Assembly (NCBI GenBank): GCA_050246315.1
Contig: JBFWWG010000026.1
Span: 1-19,714, forward strand
DNA from: Nitrospiraceae bacterium
Lineage (GTDB): Bacteria > Nitrospirota > Nitrospiria > Nitrospirales > Nitrospiraceae
DNA: 19,714 bases
Direction of reading: 5' to 3'
Shown here: positions 15,976 to 19,714 of the stretch, piece by piece
How the letters are laid out: every line of letters starts with the position of its first letter
Position numbering within the stretch: position 1 is the stretch's first letter
Notes under the pieces: generated by a model
What the model was told of the DNA's origin: nothing
What the model saw: only the letters and a program-made list of their open reading frames with translations
Database searches by the model: none
Made by a program: the position numbers and the translations under genes

Positions 15976-16536
15976 ATGCGGTATGTGCCGCTGCCGGCCT
16001 CGGTGGTGCCGATTGTTTTCATCGCGACCCTGTTGTTGCTGGTCTGGCTCGGATGGGAGTCCTATCGCGACCCGGAAACCTGGTGGGCGCCCGGCGATCT
16101 GAGCCGGGCTCATGCGGACGTCGGATCGTGTCTCCAATGCCACCAACCATTCAAAGGCGTCACGAGCAGAAACTGTGTCGCCTGTCACGGTGAGACACAG
16201 TTTGCCAAGACCGCATCACAGGCTGTTGCTGCGGCTCATACAGAGGCCCTGCATGCAAAGAGGAGCTGCCTAACTTGTCACACAGAGCACCGGGGCGTAT
16301 CGGCTTCCATCACGATCGGTGCGTTGCAGAATCCTCATGGCGAGTTCGTCTTTCGCGCCACCGGTGCGCGGACCTGCGGCACCTGCCATGTCGTTTCGCC
16401 GGAAGGCGGCCCGCCGAGCATGCGTGACAATCCGACGGTCCGGCGGCTCTTGGATCAAGGCAAGGGTGCGCATCGGCGGGGTCGGATGGCCGATTGCCTC
16501 AGGTGTCATGCAGGAGGCGTGACGGAAGGCGGATAG
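15976..16536 (+). CDS. Membrane-anchored pentaheme cytochrome c (class III-like)
   Basis: 186 aa; N-terminal TM helix; CLQCH, CVACH, CLTCH, CGTCH, CLRCH; extra His (RAHA, TEHRG, NPHG, GAH) available for bis-His ligation. Confidence 0.9.
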   Translation: MRYVPLPASVVPIVFIATLLLLVWLGWESYRDPETWWAPGDLSRAHADVGSCLQCHQPFKGVTSRNCVACHGETQFAKTASQAVAAAHTEALHAKRSCLTCHTEHRGVSASITIGALQNPHGEFVFRATGARTCGTCHVVSPEGGPPSMRDNPTVRRLLDQGKGAHRRGRMADCLRCHAGGVTEGG

Positions 16537-16743
16537 GACGATTGATGTAAATCAGCTCATTCGGAAGTGTCGAGTCGGAGCAGCGCCCCGATAACCAACC
16601 CCCCTTGAACGCCCCGATCAAGTTTGAGAGCGGATCTGAGGTCTTCGGACTGTTCGAAGAACGCCCTCTGAGCATGACATGGCGAACCGAGCCAAGAGAT
16701 GGAGGAGGAGACAGCTCAATGGCAGCCTCAACAAAGACGATCC

Positions 16744-16920
16744 ATGGACGCGACCATCAAGTAGATGAATGAGTCGCCAGGCGAGATTCGTGCGATCCCC
16801 GAATGTGTCCTTCTCCAACCGATATGGCTTTTCGACAGGAGGGTGTCAACGTCACGCTGGCCTTGAGCAAGGAGTCGCTCGAATTCTTCGAGGCCGAAGC
16901 GAGCCGGCTTCGAGCACGAG
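16744..16920 (+). pseudogene. Second decayed CopG/BrnA-type antitoxin
   Basis: MDATIK*MNESPGEIRAIPE (TAG 16762-16764), a frameshift, then PSPTDMAFRQEGVNVTLALSKESLEFFEAEASR; aligns with the relic at 3670-3849; C-terminus lost. Confidence 0.7.
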
Positions 16921-16924
16921 ACCG

Positions 16925-17242
16925 TGCACATGACTCGATTCATACGGCAACCCCTGCCGGATCTCCCGCCACGGCACGGCCGCCATGGTGACCACTGTCA
17001 GGGGTTCCTCCAAAACGGCCACGTCAGCCAAGGATTCATGTCCGATGATCAGACGGTCAGACAGTCCGACCTATGGGAAGGCCGGATGGCCATTCCATGC
17101 TCAAACGCACAGATCTCCCGGTCGGTCCCGCAGCCGCCCACTTCGCGAATAGGCCGCATGACCTGATTCGACACGAGGGGTTCAGGCTGGACTTACCCGA
17201 TCAGTCGGACGTTCCGTTCCAAGGAAACCCCGCCGGCGCCAT
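16925..17242 (-). pseudogene. Zn-dependent (MDR family) glucose 1-dehydrogenase-like relic
   Basis: Minus strand: RNVRLIG*...IREVGGCGTDREICAFEHG (CGTD at 17121-17132, TAA at 17193-17195), a frameshift, then SDRLIIGHESLADVAVLEEPLTV (GHES at 17032-17043). Confidence 0.75.
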
Positions 17243-17368
17243 CCTCTCACATCTCCTGCTCCACCTCTGACGCGCGTTGGCTGTTATCCAGGAGGCGGTC
17301 CGAACAATCCGAGCCGTCAGATTCTCCCCACGTGCACCCGTCCGGTTAGTGTCGTGGTACGGGACCGC

Positions 17369-19195
17369 TCACGGGCGGACTGTCGCCTCCGGCGATCCGA
17401 AGGGAGGATAGTCCAGCGACCCCCTCACTTCGGCGATCCTCTCCTTCGGGAAATTCGGAAAATACAGCGCTCGTTGTGCTTTCCAGTCCTCAACCTGGGT
17501 CTCGACGGCTCGCGTCCGTTCCTCATCAAGGGTAGGCCCGGGCAGTTGATATTCAATCGCCGCAGGAACGGCAAACCCGGTTCCCGCTTCCGCCACCAGG
17601 TCCATGATGCGAAAGTTCAGATCTTCCACAACCTCCAGCGATTCCTTGTAATCGGCGGCGCTGATATAGGCGAAGACCTGCACATCGAGCGACGCCTCCC
17701 CAAACCCCCTGAATCGCACATGCAATGGGTCTTCAAGGACCTTCGGATGGGCATACAGCATCTTCCGGAGTTCGAGAATAATGTACCGGAGCTGGCCCGA
17801 CGTGGTTTCGTACCGCAGCTTGAGCAGGGGGTGAAACCAGAAGCGGTCTCGGGAGGAAAGATTGTCGATGGGCATGCTCACCAGTTTTGCATTGGCGATG
17901 CTGATGACCGACCGTTCGCGGGTCCGAATCCGCGTGTGGCCCAGCCCGATCTCCTCCACAAACCCCATTTTATCGCCGAATCGGCAGAGGTCGCCGATCT
18001 TGATCGGTCTGGACATGAACAGCGTCACGGCGCCGATCATGTTCTCGATGTTCTTTTGAGAGGCCATCGCCACGGCAATCCCTCCGATGCTGAACTCGAC
18101 CAGCAGCGCCATCACCCGGTACCCGATGTTGTCCAGCCAGAGAGCCAGCACGCCGGCCAGAGCCAAGACCTTGATCACCTTGGCGACAGGCACCAGCGAC
18201 TCGCGCACTCTACTGAAACCTTTCTGTTCCAAGTTCACGCCGACTCGTTGCAGAACCCAATCCACCAGTCGCACGAGGAACCATGCCAGGGCGATGACCT
18301 GGACCGGTCGAGCCTGTTCGATTGCCCGCACCGCCACGGAGGGGCCCACCATGGCGCCGGTCGCCCTGATCAGCACGGTCCAGAGGAGGAGGGTCAACGG
18401 TCCTGAGAAGAACCGCACGAGCGTCTCGCCGAGTTCGGCATGGAAGCGGCGCACTACGAAGAGGACCGATCGACTGATCACCGCGGCCACCGGATACAGC
18501 GCGAGGCCGAGAACGATGAACAACGCCCACAACCACAGGTGGATGCCCAGCACGGATACGTCGAACAACCACGTAGGGAGGATGCGCTCGATCGCCCCGT
18601 AGCCGAACTCGCCGTAGAGATCGGGGATATCGGCGACCGTGGCGCCGGATATCTTCCAAATGTATATCCCGTCTCCGCGCGGCACCCGCTGGAGCAAGAT
18701 CTCATAGGTCGTGCCTGCTTCAGTGGAGATTCGCCCCACACGATCGCGCGCCACGGGAAGACCGTCCTCAAGATCGCCTTCCGGGCTGGTGCTGAGAAGA
18801 TCGAGATCGATCCACAGGACACGATCGAGCACGATGCGCAACTGGCGCGCCAATTCTTCTCCCTCCTCGTGCGCCATCTCCACCGGCAGGTTCCTCAGGT
18901 CGAGATACTCAACGGCCTGCGCATAGTTTCGATTTCTGGCCGCAGCGAGAAATCCGCGCATGCTCGACTGCGGCACCCCGCGGCCTAATGGGTCGTCGGG
19001 AGCGACGACTTTCGCCGATTTTGGCTCGGCCGCTTTGGCCGGCTCTCCCTTGGGCTTCGTTCCGATCAACTCTCGAAGGGTCGGCGTCGATTTACCGGTC
19101 TCCGTCAAGGCCGGCGGAGTCCACCACACGATCGAGAGTCCCGTAAAGAGGACCGGCAGCAAAGCAAGCCGGCCAATGGTTGCGGACTTAGGCAT
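17369..19195 (-). CDS. mscS: Large MscS-family mechanosensitive channel with N-terminal periplasmic domain
   Basis: About 608 aa; IGGIAVAMASQKNIENMIG, RPIKIGDLC...GFVEEIGLGHTRIRT...ISIAN, VRFRGFGEASLDVQV. RBS AGGAGG best fits the third of three tandem ATGs (19195; alternatives 19198 and 19201). Confidence 0.92.
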   Translation of the reverse strand: MPKSATIGRLALLPVLFTGLSIVWWTPPALTETGKSTPTLRELIGTKPKGEPAKAAEPKSAKVVAPDDPLGRGVPQSSMRGFLAAARNRNYAQAVEYLDLRNLPVEMAHEEGEELARQLRIVLDRVLWIDLDLLSTSPEGDLEDGLPVARDRVGRISTEAGTTYEILLQRVPRGDGIYIWKISGATVADIPDLYGEFGYGAIERILPTWLFDVSVLGIHLWLWALFIVLGLALYPVAAVISRSVLFVVRRFHAELGETLVRFFSGPLTLLLWTVLIRATGAMVGPSVAVRAIEQARPVQVIALAWFLVRLVDWVLQRVGVNLEQKGFSRVRESLVPVAKVIKVLALAGVLALWLDNIGYRVMALLVEFSIGGIAVAMASQKNIENMIGAVTLFMSRPIKIGDLCRFGDKMGFVEEIGLGHTRIRTRERSVISIANAKLVSMPIDNLSSRDRFWFHPLLKLRYETTSGQLRYIILELRKMLYAHPKVLEDPLHVRFRGFGEASLDVQVFAYISAADYKESLEVVEDLNFRIMDLVAEAGTGFAVPAAIEYQLPGPTLDEERTRAVETQVEDWKAQRALYFPNFPKERIAEVRGSLDYPPFGSPEATVRP

Positions 19196-19330
19196 CATCA
19201 TTCCTCCTTCTCCGTGCTACCTCAATGTGGGCGAAGAATGTTTTTGAACAACCCTGATCCAAGCCGGGTAACGATCGAGCGGGTTGCCCCACCCTGTCGG
19301 TTGCCAGGAATCGTTGAGTTTCGGACGGCC

Positions 19331-19560
19331 ATGCCAACGATCCTACTCGACATGGCACCGGGCGGTACATTCCCTCAGCGGGACCCTGTTTGCTGGAAGG
19401 GGAATGATGTTGGAGCTGAGCATGTCCGAACTCAACGGTCTTGCGGTGCTCCGGCAGATCCGAGAAGGGAGCCGCACGCCGATCATCATGGTCGCGGCCT
19501 CAGGGTCCAAAGATCGTGCGAAGCAAGCCGCCACCGTCGGCGCGCAAGATGATTGTCTAG
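19331..19560 (+). pseudogene. Response-regulator receiver-domain relic
   Basis: MPTILLD at 19331; in another frame from 19401: GMMLELSMSELNGLAVLRQIREGSRTPIIMVAASGSKDRAKQAATVGAQDD. The phospho-Asp is Glu, and the P, T and KP consensus residues are lost. Confidence 0.65.
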
Positions 19561-19714
19561 CAGACTGCGGAAAAACGCGATTGGTGGGCTTCGACAGGCT
19601 GCTATGTGGATGTCAAGTGGATGGACACAAGAATCCTCTTTCGGTTGTCAGCTGCGTGTCCTTTCAGGCCAAAGAGAGACTGGCTGCTATGCGTGGCACG
19701 GCACACGGCCGTCA

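Noticed and set aside
17354..18406. 350-aa + strand ORF
   Set aside because: Antisense to the MscS-family gene.
19694..19709. Fourth sigma54 promoter (TGGCACGGCACACGGC)
   Set aside because: Good -24 half but the GC is displaced by one base; no clear 33-bp site pair; the downstream gene is not visible.
1..19714. CRISPR array, tRNA, rRNA, integrase or transposase
   Set aside because: No regularly spaced repeats, RNA-gene signatures or recombinase motifs seen.

Overview
GC-rich bacterial accessory region. The gene families and the palindromic repeat style suggest a Nitrospira-like organism, but this is inference only. From about 0.2 to 16.5 kb almost everything is co-oriented on the + strand and forms a redox island. 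It encodes a Tat-exported sulfite-oxidase-family molybdoenzyme (SorA/SoxC-like) flanked by a tetraheme and a SorB-like diheme cytochrome. In total there are ten c-type cytochrome genes with 19 CxxCH motifs, plus a di-heme b-type membrane protein paired with a pentaheme cytochrome, an outer-membrane beta-barrel, two OsmC-family proteins, two DsrE-family proteins (one broken), and DUF2892, DUF1264, PepSY and CBS proteins. Three sigma54 (-24/-12) promoters (1391, 7336, 11886) each carry a pair of related 17-bp upstream sites 33 bp apart at near-identical distance, pointing to one enhancer-binding-protein regulon. Intergenic DNA holds decayed genes: two copies of a BrnT-associated CopG-type antitoxin (one interrupted by a 165-bp MITE/REP-like element), a Zn-dependent glucose dehydrogenase with an internal deletion, and a receiver-domain relic. 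A large MscS-family gene lies on the - strand at the right end. No rRNA, tRNA, CRISPR array or intact transposase was seen.
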